From NCBI GenBank assembly GCA_963702205.1, contig OY969724.1:2912001-2976000 (forward strand): DNA of 64,000 bases, given 5' to 3'. The notes under the pieces are model-generated. The model was not told the DNA's origin. It did not search any database and saw only the letters and a program-made list of their open reading frames with translations. Of this stretch, positions 31,390 through 41,801 are shown in pieces; the stretch's first letter is position 1; each line of letters opens with the position of its first letter. Both the position numbers and the translations under genes were made by a program. This DNA comes from an uncultured candidate division Zixibacteria bacterium. Its GTDB lineage: Bacteria; Zixibacteria; MSB-5A5; GN15; PGXB01.

Positions 31390-32067
31390 CTATGGAAGAT
31401 CGTCGTGGATTTCGATATTTTGATGCCGGACAATTTCGCCTTCAACCATATATATGACGTCTTCGGCGATATTCGTAGCGTGATCGGCGATTCTTTCCAG
31501 ATTGCGCGAAACGCTTAAAAGATCTATCAGGTAATGGGCGTTTTCAGGATTCAGCTTTAGCGCATCTATTACGACGCGGTACGTCTGCCGGTGACTTTCG
31601 TCGACTTCATCGTCGGCCTCACAGACGTTTTTGGCAATCTGGGGGTCCATGTCGACCAGAGAATCGGCGCTCATTTTTACCATACTCATAACCTTGGCAA
31701 GCATTCCATTTAGATCGAAAGGTACCGGCATATCGGGTTTTCCGGCCAATGAGATGGCACGCTCGGCTATATTTTCCGCCAGGTCGCCAATCCGCTCCAG
31801 GTCATTGTTGATCTTCATCACGGCTATGATAAACCGGAGATCTATCGCAACCGGCTGATAAAGGGCGAGAAGTTTAAGGACTTCTTCTTCAAGCTCGACC
31901 TCGAAATTATCAATTTCAATATCGCGATTGATAACGTCCCGCGCCAGCACCGGGTTGCGTTCTATAATAGACTTCACCGCCGCCCGAAGGTTTTCTTCGA
32001 CCAGCGCCGTCACGTGAAGAATGTCTTTTTTTAGCTTAGTGATTTCGTTTTGATAGTGTTTTGTCAT
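31390..32067 (-). CDS. phoU: Phosphate signalling protein PhoU
   Basis: QPVAIDLR, DLERIGD and LERIADHATNIAE motifs. Confidence 0.95.
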   Translation of the reverse strand: MTKHYQNEITKLKKDILHVTALVEENLRAAVKSIIERNPVLARDVINRDIEIDNFEVELEEEVLKLLALYQPVAIDLRFIIAVMKINNDLERIGDLAENIAERAISLAGKPDMPVPFDLNGMLAKVMSMVKMSADSLVDMDPQIAKNVCEADDEVDESHRQTYRVVIDALKLNPENAHYLIDLLSVSRNLERIADHATNIAEDVIYMVEGEIVRHQNIEIHDDLP

Positions 32068-32078
32068 ACGACCAATCC

Positions 32079-32915
32079 TTAACCGAAACGACCGGTAATG
32101 TAATCCTCGGTCTTGCTCTTCTCCGGTTTCGTAAATATTTTCCGTGTCCCACCGAATTCGATCAGAATTCCTTCATAGAAGAACGCCGTGTAGTCCGAAA
32201 TACGGGCTGCCTGCTGCATATTGTGCGTCACGATAACGATAGTATAGTTATTTTTCAATTCTCCGATCAAGTCTTCAATTTTGGAGGTCGAAAGCGGGTC
32301 GAGAGCCGACGCCGGTTCATCCATGAGGATTATTTCGGGCCGTATCGCCAGCGCTCTTGCGATGCAAAGCCTCTGTTGCTGCCCACCCGAAAGCATATAG
32401 GCATTGTTATCGAGCTTGTCTTTTACTTCTTCCCATAAAAAGGCTCTCTTCAAAGAATCTTCAACGACTTCGGTAATAATACGCTTGTCCTTTATACCGT
32501 TGACGCGAAGACCGTAGGCAACATTTTCAAATATCGACTTGGGAAAAGGATTCGATTTTTGAAAAACCATCCCGACCCTGGTCCTGATTGCGGAAACGTC
32601 GTCGAAGTCATGGTAAACGTCCTTGCCGTCAAGCTTGATGGTGCCTTCCAAACGTACACCCGGAATGGTTTCATTCATGCGGTTAAGCGTTCGCAAAAAT
32701 GTGGACTTCCCGCAGCCGGACGGACCGATCAGGGCGGTTACCATGTGCTCCTGGATATCCATCGAAATATCGAACAGCACCTGGTTTTTGCCGTAGAAGA
32801 AGTTCAATTTTTCCACGGTCATTTTCAGACGATTTTTCTCGACCGGCGGACGATCAGGAGGTTCGATTCTTGCATTTTCCTCTTCCACCAAAACTGTATC
32901 CTCAGATATTGACAC
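32079..32915 (-). CDS. pstB: Phosphate ABC transporter ATPase
   Basis: [32 protein letters not shown] and DYITGRFG. Confidence 0.97.
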   Translation of the reverse strand: MSISEDTVLVEEENARIEPPDRPPVEKNRLKMTVEKLNFFYGKNQVLFDISMDIQEHMVTALIGPSGCGKSTFLRTLNRMNETIPGVRLEGTIKLDGKDVYHDFDDVSAIRTRVGMVFQKSNPFPKSIFENVAYGLRVNGIKDKRIITEVVEDSLKRAFLWEEVKDKLDNNAYMLSGGQQQRLCIARALAIRPEIILMDEPASALDPLSTSKIEDLIGELKNNYTIVIVTHNMQQAARISDYTAFFYEGILIEFGGTRKIFTKPEKSKTEDYITGRFG

Positions 32916-33864
32916 GCTTTTTCCTCATTCTCGATCTAATCAGGATGGCGACCAGATTCAACATAAAGGTCAACAATAATAATACCAATACCGTTCCGTA
33001 TAAAATCGGTTTCGTCGCTTCGATATCGGGCGACTGGGTCGCCATGACATAGATATGATACCCCAATTCCATGAACTGGTCGTTTAATCTTTGCGGTAAA
33101 TACGGCAAATAGTAAGCGGCACCCGTGAACATGATGGGAGCCACTTCTCCCGCCCCCCGGCTGACCGCCAGAATCGAGCCGGTGAATATTCCCGGCATGG
33201 CTTGTGGTATGATGACCCTGCGAATTGTCTGCAGTTTTGTCCCGCCCAGGGCATAGCTGGCGTCCTTGAGCTCACGCGGGATCGTCTTTAGCGCTTCTTC
33301 CGTGGATATAATCACAACCGGGAGAGTCAACATCGCCAGGGTAAGGGCCGCCCAGATGATGGCCGGTTGTCCCCACACGGGCCCCTCGGAGCCATAAAAT
33401 ACCTTATCGATGCCTCCGCCGACGAATCCTATAAAAAACCCCAGGCCGAACAAACCAAAAACGATCGAGGGCACACCCGCCAGATTGTTTATCGCCACCC
33501 GAATCATGCGCGTTGTTTTGGAATCAGGACTGGTATATTCCTGAAGATATATCGCCGTAAAAACCCCCACCGGGACGACAGCAATGACCATAAGAATAAC
33601 GAGCGCGACGGTTCCGAATATGGCGGGGAAAACACCCCCGGCCTCCATGCCTTGTTCGGGAGGATGAGTCAAAAACTTCCAGCTTAAAGTTCCGACCCCA
33701 CCGAAAATTATATTGCCAATGATTATGGCCAGCATGGTGACTATGATGACGACGGCGAGGAAAGTCAATCCCCTCGGAATCCACCCTTTTGTTTTGGGCC
33801 GGAAGGCCAGTTCCCTCGGTTCCGCCATGACTTCGGCGGTCTTTGCCTGTTCGCGGGTTTTCAA
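32902..33864 (-). CDS. pstA: Phosphate ABC transporter permease
   Basis: [14 protein letters not shown] and SRGAGEVAP motifs; operon context. Confidence 0.93.
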   Translation of the reverse strand: MKTREQAKTAEVMAEPRELAFRPKTKGWIPRGLTFLAVVIIVTMLAIIIGNIIFGGVGTLSWKFLTHPPEQGMEAGGVFPAIFGTVALVILMVIAVVPVGVFTAIYLQEYTSPDSKTTRMIRVAINNLAGVPSIVFGLFGLGFFIGFVGGGIDKVFYGSEGPVWGQPAIIWAALTLAMLTLPVVIISTEEALKTIPRELKDASYALGGTKLQTIRRVIIPQAMPGIFTGSILAVSRGAGEVAPIMFTGAAYYLPYLPQRLNDQFMELGYHIYVMATQSPDIEATKPILYGTVLVLLLLTFMLNLVAILIRSRMRKKRVNI

Positions 33865-34821
33865 ATTACCTTACCCTGAAGCTTTTCTTTTAATTTTATG
33901 AGGACCATTTCGCCGCCCAGATTAATCAGGAAGGTAAACACGAATAAAAGCGAACCAATGAAAAACAGTACCGTGTAATGTGCCCCGCCGAAAACGACTT
34001 CGGCCAGTTCGGCGGCAATTGTCGCGGAAAATGTCCTTATCGAATCGACAAAGCTCGCGGAAATTATGGCGGCATTGCCCGAGGCCATCAGGACAATCAT
34101 CGTTTCACCGACGGCCCGGCCGAAACCCAGGACGATACCAGCGGCGATACCGGGCATGGCCGCCGGAAAAACCATCGAAAACGAAACCTGCCACGGATTC
34201 GCGCCGAGTGCGATTGCCGCGTCGCGCAATGATTTCGGAACCGACGTCATGGCATCCTCGGCCACCGTGAAAATGATCGGTATGACGGCTATCCCCAGCG
34301 CGATACCGGCGTTAAGAGCGTTTAATCGGAAAGTCAGATGAAATAAATTTTGCAAAATCGTAGCCAGAACCATCAGGGCGAAAAATCCCAGGACTACCGA
34401 TGGTATCGCCGCCAGCATTTCTATTACTGGCTTGATAATTTCACGCATCCTTTTCGACGCAAATTCCGAAGCATAAATGGCCGCCCCGACACCCAGCGGG
34501 ATGGCGAACAGCATGGCAACTATCGCCGCTTTAATCGTCCCCAATAACAGAGGGTAGCAAAGAATATTTGGGGACGTCGGAATTGGGCTGCCATGAATAT
34601 TTCGGGGCCCGTCCTTTATAGAATTCCTGCTTGAAAACCATCTTCCCGACGGTGACTTCCTTTTTGATTTCCGGATTCGTGAAAATGGGAACCGCTTCTT
34701 TAAATATAAAAACGAATATTAGCAGGACGCCGATCAGAGCGGCAAAAGCGTTTAAGGAAATAAGCTTTTCGCCAAGAAATTCCCTGACCCTGGACTTCGG
34801 CTTGAATTTCAGTTCAATCAT
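33861..34821 (-). CDS. pstC: Phosphate ABC transporter permease, frameshifted near 34552
   Basis: EMLAAIPSVVLG and GRAVGETM; removing one C from 'CTACCCTCTG' restores YSLLPLLLGTIK. Confidence 0.88.
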
Positions 34822-34890
34822 GGTGCCTAAAAAGATTCATGGCGGCGGCCGGGGCCGCCACCATTGAATCTATGGGAAGAGGGTAGTTTT

Positions 34891-35745
34891 TTATTGTACG
34901 GCCATTTCTTTGGCGCGTTCTTTCGGAAGAGGGATATAATCCATCTCTTCGGCAATCTTCTGGCCCTGCTCGGAAAGCGCCCAGTTGACCAGTGCCTTCA
35001 ACTGACCGGTCGGCTTGCCGTTGAAAAACCAGTAAAGGTCGCGCGAAATCGGGTAGGTTCCGTTGGAGACGGTTTCCATCGTCGGCATGATAGCTTTGGA
35101 GTCGTCGGTTTTGCGGATCGCCGCATCCTTGACGCCTTTGGCCCAGGCAATACCACCGTAGCCGATTCCGTTGTCATCCTTGGACACGGCATTCACGACT
35201 GCGGCCGTTCCGGGAAGCGTCTGGGTATATTCGGAATAATCCTCTTCGTCCAGGACTTCTTCCTTGAAAAAGGCGTATGTGCCACTGTTGTTTTCACGGC
35301 CGTACAGGATAATCCGGGCATCATTGCCACCAACTTCTTTCCAGTTGGTTATGGCGCCGGTGTAGATACCTTTAAGCTGGGCAAAACTGAGTTCCTTGAC
35401 CGGGTTGCTTTCATTCAGATAGACGGAAATACCGTCGAGTGCAACCGAAACCCGGTAAGGCGTAATACCCTTGGCTTTAGCCTGGGCATATTCCTTTTCT
35501 TTCATATCGCGCGAGGCTTCACAAATATCGGTCGAGCCGTTCAACAGAGCCGCGATACCGGTTCCGGAGCCGCCTCCGGCGACCTGAATTACGACGCCGG
35601 GATTTTCCTTCATGTATTCTTCGGCCCATCTCTGCCCCAACCGAATCAAAGTGTCGGAGCCTTTTACGGTGACGTTGGTTCCGGCGAATACGAACCCGGT
35701 TGCGATCAAAGCCGCCGCCAACAAAATCAATGCTTTCTTCATCAT
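34891..35745 (-). CDS. pstS: Phosphate-binding protein
   Basis: Signal peptide; KGSDT, GGGSGTG, RENNSGT and YPISR motifs; AAGGAGG RBS. Confidence 0.95.
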   Translation of the reverse strand: MMKKALILLAAALIATGFVFAGTNVTVKGSDTLIRLGQRWAEEYMKENPGVVIQVAGGGSGTGIAALLNGSTDICEASRDMKEKEYAQAKAKGITPYRVSVALDGISVYLNESNPVKELSFAQLKGIYTGAITNWKEVGGNDARIILYGRENNSGTYAFFKEEVLDEEDYSEYTQTLPGTAAVVNAVSKDDNGIGYGGIAWAKGVKDAAIRKTDDSKAIMPTMETVSNGTYPISRDLYWFFNGKPTGQLKALVNWALSEQGQKIAEEMDYIPLPKERAKEMAVQ

Positions 35746-35780
35746 TTCCTCCTTAAATCCATTCATGGAAGTTTAATTTT

Positions 35781-35801
35781 TTTTGTTAAGGTTTTATTAA
35801 G
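35781..35801 (-). promoter_or_regulatory. Pho-box-like direct repeat upstream of pstS
   Basis: Minus strand CTTAAtaaaac CTTAAcaaaa, 11-bp period. Confidence 0.6.
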
Positions 35802-35821
35802 ACGTTCATTTTTTCTTCGGC

Positions 35822-36946
35822 TTAGAATTTCAACTGCAGGTCGATTTGCATCCGATTAAAATCAGTCGGGTCGGCTTGCTGCAGACCTATCTGATTTATA
35901 AAATACGTGAAGTCAAAAGCCGCATTATCTGTCAGCATATATGAGCCGCCGAATTCATGACCTCTGGCATCCGTACCCCCGTTGCGGAAATCCGAGTCGG
36001 TAAAGATGCCAATCACGGCGTCCTTTTCGACCCGGCGGTAAATGTAACGCACTCCCCAGGAGCCCTGCTTTTTGGCTTTGCCAATCCTGATTCCAAGCAG
36101 CCAGCCGGTATTGAGACTATCCGCCGCGGTATTGGTGACGTAATCGCCCATGACCGTAACCGGCAGTGGTGCAAAATGATGGGTTAGCTCTCCCATAGCC
36201 TCGAACAGTTCATAATCTTCGGCATACTCGAAATAGGATGTCTCGCCGCTTGTGACTTCAACGGCCGTATTACCCATCGGGTCTTCCGGACCGAAAAAGA
36301 CCGGATAACCTTTGGAGTTGACGTAGTTGAAATAACTGCCGCCGACCGCCAGGCTGGTCTTTTTCTCGTTAAAATTGAATCGTGACACGCCCTGAAAAGC
36401 GGCCAGATAGGAATCGTTACCTTTGGAACGTTCTTCGATCCACAGACCAGCTCCGATCAGAGTCAGAGTCACATTGTTAAAGTCCTGAGTATAATTGACC
36501 GCCCCGCCTTCCGGACTTATGTCACTGTCCCAGATCAACTCCGAACTCCCCGGTTTGAAAAACGGATTGTGGAATTTTCCGCCTTCGATCGAAACCCCCG
36601 GCGTCTTGATCGGTTTGTACTCGAAATAGGCCATGTCGAGACGAACATCTTTACTCGAAAAGGAACCGGTAAGAGTTTGATTGGTGGAAACGGGGTCGGT
36701 CGAACCGGTAGCGAGTTGTACGGTAGCGTCGATCTCAGGAGAGACCTTGCCGGTTATGGCCAGGCGGGCCCGAAGGCGTTGACGGTGCTCGGGGTCGTTG
36801 TCGCCGGTTTTTTTCATTTCATGGCGGTAGCGCAGATCGCCTTTGATTTTAATCGTATCGTACCAGTTGTCAGCGGATGCCCGCCCCGCGAAAAATAACA
36901 GCGGCATAATTATAACCAATAGCTTGACAGCATTATACTTACTCAT
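35822..36946 (-). CDS. Putative (phosphate-regulated) outer-membrane porin
   Basis: Signal peptide; GDLRYRHE, R.RLRARL, DPVSTNQT and LIWDSD..PEG; C-terminal QIDLQLKF; lies in the pst operon. Confidence 0.85.
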   Translation of the reverse strand: MSKYNAVKLLVIIMPLLFFAGRASADNWYDTIKIKGDLRYRHEMKKTGDNDPEHRQRLRARLAITGKVSPEIDATVQLATGSTDPVSTNQTLTGSFSSKDVRLDMAYFEYKPIKTPGVSIEGGKFHNPFFKPGSSELIWDSDISPEGGAVNYTQDFNNVTLTLIGAGLWIEERSKGNDSYLAAFQGVSRFNFNEKKTSLAVGGSYFNYVNSKGYPVFFGPEDPMGNTAVEVTSGETSYFEYAEDYELFEAMGELTHHFAPLPVTVMGDYVTNTAADSLNTGWLLGIRIGKAKKQGSWGVRYIYRRVEKDAVIGIFTDSDFRNGGTDARGHEFGGSYMLTDNAAFDFTYFINQIGLQQADPTDFNRMQIDLQLKF

Positions 36947-37117
36947 TTCTCTCTCCAATTATATCCCTTTAATTGTCAGTGCAGTTTGCGCTGTGCGCGA
37001 GTGTCTTTAAATCCCTTACTTTCCTCCTATTTTAATTTATTGGGTATATTTTAAGATTCTTTTTCCCTGTGTCTTATGATCCCTCAAATTCATTGTGAGG
37101 ATTGAACCTGTTTTTTA

Positions 37118-37155
37118 TTAAGAAATTATTAAGGAAGAGTTAATGTTTGGTTAGG
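37118..37155 (-). promoter_or_regulatory. Four-repeat Pho box upstream of the porin-pst operon
   Basis: TTAAG (37118), TTAAG (37129), TTAAT (37140), TTAGG (37151): exact 11-bp period. Confidence 0.65.
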
Positions 37156-37245
37156 AAAACCAGCTTTCAACGGATATAAGTTCGCCGAACATAATAATAT
37201 AATAGTTATTACGAATCGACCGCCGAAGGGCGTGCGGTTCCGGAG

Positions 37246-39021
37246 CTAAATGACCGGCAAATCGATTTTGAATGTCGAGCCCTGTCCGTGGATACTTTCA
37301 ACCGTAATACGTCCGGCGTGGGCCAGAACAATATGTTTGACGATAGCCAGCCCCAGGCCGGTGCCGCCCAGTTCGCGGCTGCGGGATTTGTCCACCCGGT
37401 AGAAACGCTCGAAAATACGGGGCAGGTGCCTGGAATCGATTCCGTGGCCATGGTCTTTTACTATTATTCGCACCGAGATTTCATCGCCGACGACCTCGAT
37501 TTCCACAGGTTTGCCGTCGTCACTATATTTGATGGCATTGTCGATCAAATTTATGATGGCCTGCTCGAACAGGGGTGCATTGAGCCGCGCCTGGATGTTG
37601 TCCGGGCAGTTAAGTACCAGATTCGATGCCTTTGCCGATGCCAGAGATTCGCAGTCGGCTATGGCCGCCTGAAGAACCGGTCGCAGCGGTATTTTTGCAA
37701 GAGTTATTTCGCCTTGTTCGGATTCCGATTCAATCCGTGAGAGCCTTAGAAGATCTTCGATGATATTGTTCAATCGGTCCGATTGCCTCGAAATTACTTT
37801 CAAAAACCTTTCAGCCTCTTCTTTGTGCTCGACGGCCCCATCGAGAAGCGTTTCGACCGAGCCCATGATCGACGTGATGGGTGTTTTAAGTTCGTGCGAT
37901 ACGTTGGCCACGAAATCGCGGCGAAGATTTTCCAGCTTGCGCATGCGGGTTATATCATTGAGCACGACCAGCACGCCCATATCTTTGCCCGAGGCATCCT
38001 TCAGAATGGTCGCCGAGGCCTGTGCCCAGCGTTCTTCTGCTCCGGTAAATTCGATTGTCGACACGATCGGCTTTTTGGTCCAGAGCGTCTCGCCGATGAC
38101 CTTCTGAAGTCTGGAATTGCGGATCGCCTCCTGTATGGTCAGCCCGGTGGCGCGGGATTCATCCAGTTCCAGAAACGTCGCCGCCGCTTTATTGAAATTT
38201 ATCAACCGTTCATTGGTGTCGAAGGCCAGAACACCTTCCGTCATACTGGCCAGGACTGCCTCCTGCTCCCCTCGCTGCCGGGTAATAGTATTGATCCGAT
38301 CGCTGAGCTGCCCGGCCATCTGGTTCATCGCCAATGCCAGCCCGCCGATTTCTTCGGTATTGGAAACCGCCAGACGGCGGTCGAAATCCCCATCGGAGAA
38401 ACGCCGCGCACCATCTTTAAGTTCAATGAGCGGCCGACTGATATTACGGCTGACGATATAGCTGATCAGGGCGGCCAACACGGCGATAAACAGACCAACC
38501 AGGACGGCCCGGGTACGAGCCTGGGCGATTTCCTCGTCGACGAACGCGACCGGAATCGAAGTACGTACTAATCCGAGTATATTATTATTGTCGGTTACCC
38601 TGACGGCCACGTACATGAGGTTCATCTGCAGGGTATTACTGAACCGGGTCGACATCCCCCGGCCACCGTTCAAAGCCTCGACCATTTCCGGCCGAGTGCC
38701 GTGATTTTCCATGACGGCAGGGTTCTGGTCGGTATCGACGAGAACAACCCCGGACGTATCGATTACCGTAATTCGGGTCGAGGATACCGAACCTACCCGA
38801 CGACAAAATTCTCCCACGCTTTTAACGTCACCGGAAGACATTTGCGGCGATATCTGTCCTGCGATTATGACGGCTCTGTCATAAAGAACCGATTCCACAT
38901 AATCCAGCAGGTCCTGCTTCTGTGATTTTATTCCGTACCAGCCCATTATCACAACCGCGACGATGGTGATAATCAGGTACGACGGATATAATTGCCAGAT
39001 AATGCGTCGTGATGACATCAC
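37246..39021 (-). CDS. phoR: Phosphate regulon sensor histidine kinase (HAMP-PAS-HisKA-HATPase)
   Basis: ENHGTRPE, FVANVSHELKTP, NLIDNAIKY and FERFYRVDKSRSRELGGTGLGL. Confidence 0.92.
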   Translation of the reverse strand: MMSSRRIIWQLYPSYLIITIVAVVIMGWYGIKSQKQDLLDYVESVLYDRAVIIAGQISPQMSSGDVKSVGEFCRRVGSVSSTRITVIDTSGVVLVDTDQNPAVMENHGTRPEMVEALNGGRGMSTRFSNTLQMNLMYVAVRVTDNNNILGLVRTSIPVAFVDEEIAQARTRAVLVGLFIAVLAALISYIVSRNISRPLIELKDGARRFSDGDFDRRLAVSNTEEIGGLALAMNQMAGQLSDRINTITRQRGEQEAVLASMTEGVLAFDTNERLINFNKAAATFLELDESRATGLTIQEAIRNSRLQKVIGETLWTKKPIVSTIEFTGAEERWAQASATILKDASGKDMGVLVVLNDITRMRKLENLRRDFVANVSHELKTPITSIMGSVETLLDGAVEHKEEAERFLKVISRQSDRLNNIIEDLLRLSRIESESEQGEITLAKIPLRPVLQAAIADCESLASAKASNLVLNCPDNIQARLNAPLFEQAIINLIDNAIKYSDDGKPVEIEVVGDEISVRIIVKDHGHGIDSRHLPRIFERFYRVDKSRSRELGGTGLGLAIVKHIVLAHAGRITVESIHGQGSTFKIDLPVI

Positions 39022-39708
39022 GACTCCTTGAATCGGTAGCCGACACCCCTGATGGTCTCAATATAATCGGTGCCCTTGCCGAGTTTTTTTCTAAGCCCGG
39101 CGATATGCACGTCGATGGTTCGGTCGGTAATGAACACGTCTTCGCCCCGTATGGCATCGACCAACTGATTCCTCGTAAATACCCAGCCGGGTCGGCGCGC
39201 CATAACGTGAATTAAATTAAATTCCGTATGAGTCAGCGTTATTGCCTTACCCCCGATCGAGAGGGAGTGTTTGCCGGGGTCGATCAATAGATTTTGATAG
39301 GATATGGTCTGACTGTCAGGGATCACGGCTTCGGCCTTGCGCCGCAGGACTGCTCTCAAGCGGGCCAGAAGGACTCTCGGTACTGAACGGCTTGGTGATA
39401 TAATCATCGGCTCCCAGTTCCAGCCCGGCGACGATGTCGGCTTCTTCACTCTTGGCGGTTAGTATTATTATGGGTATTTCTCTGGTGCCGCTTTCGCCTT
39501 TCATAGTGCGGCAGACCTGCAAACCGTCCATGCCCGGAAGCATCAAATCCAGGATGATCAATTGCGGCATATCTTTTCGCGCCTCGGACAGGCCTTTCTC
39601 GCCCGTCGCGGCCAGGGCCACGCTGTAGCCATCACGTTCCAAATTGTATTTTATAAGATCGGAAATATCTTGTTCGTCTTCGATAACCAGTATTTTTTCG
39701 CCGGACAT
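39018..39708 (-). CDS. phoB: OmpR-family response regulator PhoB, frameshifted near 39381
   Basis: IEDE, LDLMLPGMDG and GADDYITKPFS; removing one base restores SPRVLLARLRAVLRR...RTIDVHI..LRKKL...IETIRGVGYRF. Confidence 0.88.
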
Positions 39709-39928
39709 GTGGATCTCCCGGTTAATATTTATTTCATTATAGCTCCCGCCAGTCAAATTGGCAACAAGAAGAATATCCGTAATTATGAAGAAAATATTAA
39801 GACAAAAAAGTACATATTAAATAAGTTTATCCATATAGCGGGCAATTAATTCTTGCAAAAAAGGACAATTAAGGTTACCTTTGACATGACTGTCAAGCAA
39901 GGGTATGCAAAAGCAAGGAGCAGGCATC

Positions 39929-40360
39929 ATGAAGCTTCACCAATTCTCGATTTTTTCATTGGTGATATTTGTCCTTATTTTATCACCGAAGTTCCTCCTG
40001 GCCGAGAAATCGGAGACAACGGAAGCAACGTATATCGACCTGGATGGCGACGGTATTAACGACAACGCGCCGGACTCGGACGGTGACGGTATCATCGACG
40101 TGGCCGAAAGCGGCTTCCGTCCGGGCCAGTTCGATACCGAACCGGCCAATATGGGCATAGTCAGTTTTGAAACATCCTCGGTAGGAATTTCAGCCGATCC
40201 TTCTCTCAACTCCGGGAAGTTTTCCAGCCTCAATAAAAACTGTCGCTTGTTGTCCAGCAATCGCGGCGGTTTCGGAATCGGTGATCAGTTCGGACCCGGC
40301 AACGGAATCGGCATTGGTGCGGTTTCCTCGGGCGGTTGTGCCGGCGGCGTTTGTCATTGA
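39929..40360 (+). CDS. Small exported protein with DxDGDG Ca-binding-type repeats and a Gly-rich tail ending in two Cys
   Basis: Signal peptide; DLDGDGINDNAPDSDGDGIID; tail GGFGIGDQFGPGNGIGIGAVSSGGCAGGVCH. Confidence 0.7.
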   Translation: MKLHQFSIFSLVIFVLILSPKFLLAEKSETTEATYIDLDGDGINDNAPDSDGDGIIDVAESGFRPGQFDTEPANMGIVSFETSSVGISADPSLNSGKFSSLNKNCRLLSSNRGGFGIGDQFGPGNGIGIGAVSSGGCAGGVCH

Positions 40361-40371
40361 GGAGGGAACCG

Positions 40372-41556
40372 ATGAAAAAAGCGTTATATGTTGAACTGTT
40401 TCTGCTTGGGGTTTCTTTGTGTGCACTATCGGCATGGGCCGATGTAAAATTCGAGGCCGGGATCAACAACGGCTACGAAAGCAATTTAATCAAGGACAAT
40501 AACGATATTTACGACGTCTATACCACGACCAGCGGACGGGTGTACCTCTATCCCGTGTCGTTTGCAGAAATAAACGGCGGTGTCGATTATACATATTACA
40601 GCAGAACGTACAGAATAAACGATTTTACGTCGGGCGGCGAAATCACCCTGATTCCGAACTTGAAAGACTCACCGCTTATCCCTTATGCCAAAAGCAGCTT
40701 TTACGGCAGTCGGTATCGGGCTGCCTATTCGGGATTCAATAATAACTCGGGGGATATGACGGCCGGTCTGCTTTATCGAGCGGCCGGACAGATGTATTTC
40801 AGGATGGGTGGTAAGTACAATCAGACGTCATACGTTGATAATGATATATACGATCAGAAGAGTTATGAGTTTTTTGCAGGTGTTAACGCGACTATTTTGC
40901 ATAATAATACAATCGATATCGAAGCCGGGTTCGGCAAAGCCGATTATAGTTCATTCCGCGAAGACCTCGATCCTTTTGCTCCAAATGCTGATATAATAGA
41001 CAGCATCCCGGATACATTCTTAGTCTCGAAAAAGCTGAATTCGTATTATATCTCACCGCGTTTTTCCCGACCGTTAGGAGCGAAAACCGGACTAAGTATT
41101 ACCTATACCTATCGTAATTTCACCAATGATAAAGACGGTATAGTTTTCGGCTCTTCGAACGAAAACCTCTCCCCGTGGTCTTCGCTATGGGAAGGCCATT
41201 CCGTTACGGCAACCATAAAGACGCTGTTTTTTACCGATGCCATTGTGACGGCAGGTTTGGGGTACTTTGAAAAGCACTTCTTGCGGACCATTGAAGAAGG
41301 CCTGACACATATAAATTTAATATACACCCAGCTTGATCCCCAGCGCCACGATTATCAAACGAGATTTTTCCTCAAAATCCAGAGGCCTATTGCTACCCGA
41401 TCCGGTTGGTTTATTGAGCCATCGCTGTCGGTAGAATTCGTCAATAATGAATCGACAACCAAAATACTCAGACGAGATCTGGACGAAATGCCCTTCGATG
41501 ACCGCTATGATTATACTGATTTTTCCATATTCTGGGGGATAATACTGCGTCGATAG
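40372..41556 (+). CDS. Putative outer-membrane beta-barrel protein
   Basis: GGAGG RBS; signal peptide; Tyr/Gly-rich alternating strands; GYESN near the N-terminus. Confidence 0.65.
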   Translation: MKKALYVELFLLGVSLCALSAWADVKFEAGINNGYESNLIKDNNDIYDVYTTTSGRVYLYPVSFAEINGGVDYTYYSRTYRINDFTSGGEITLIPNLKDSPLIPYAKSSFYGSRYRAAYSGFNNNSGDMTAGLLYRAAGQMYFRMGGKYNQTSYVDNDIYDQKSYEFFAGVNATILHNNTIDIEAGFGKADYSSFREDLDPFAPNADIIDSIPDTFLVSKKLNSYYISPRFSRPLGAKTGLSITYTYRNFTNDKDGIVFGSSNENLSPWSSLWEGHSVTATIKTLFFTDAIVTAGLGYFEKHFLRTIEEGLTHINLIYTQLDPQRHDYQTRFFLKIQRPIATRSGWFIEPSLSVEFVNNESTTKILRRDLDEMPFDDRYDYTDFSIFWGIILRR

Positions 41557-41801
41557 CGCAACAAGCCATATATTGGCATAACTATCTGTGTATTACGTAC
41601 TTAAGTGGTGGCTTTTATCTTGACAATGCGGACAAAAAAAGTATATTTATTTAAACTGTTAACGGGACCGACAATTTACTTCGTTGATGACGGGCCGCAA
41701 ATGTTTCATTTATTATTCTGTCTGCGTAATTTGCTGAATTTCAATGTCTTCGATGATTATCAATATTATTACATTAATTATATAATTCAAGAGGTATTAT
41801 T

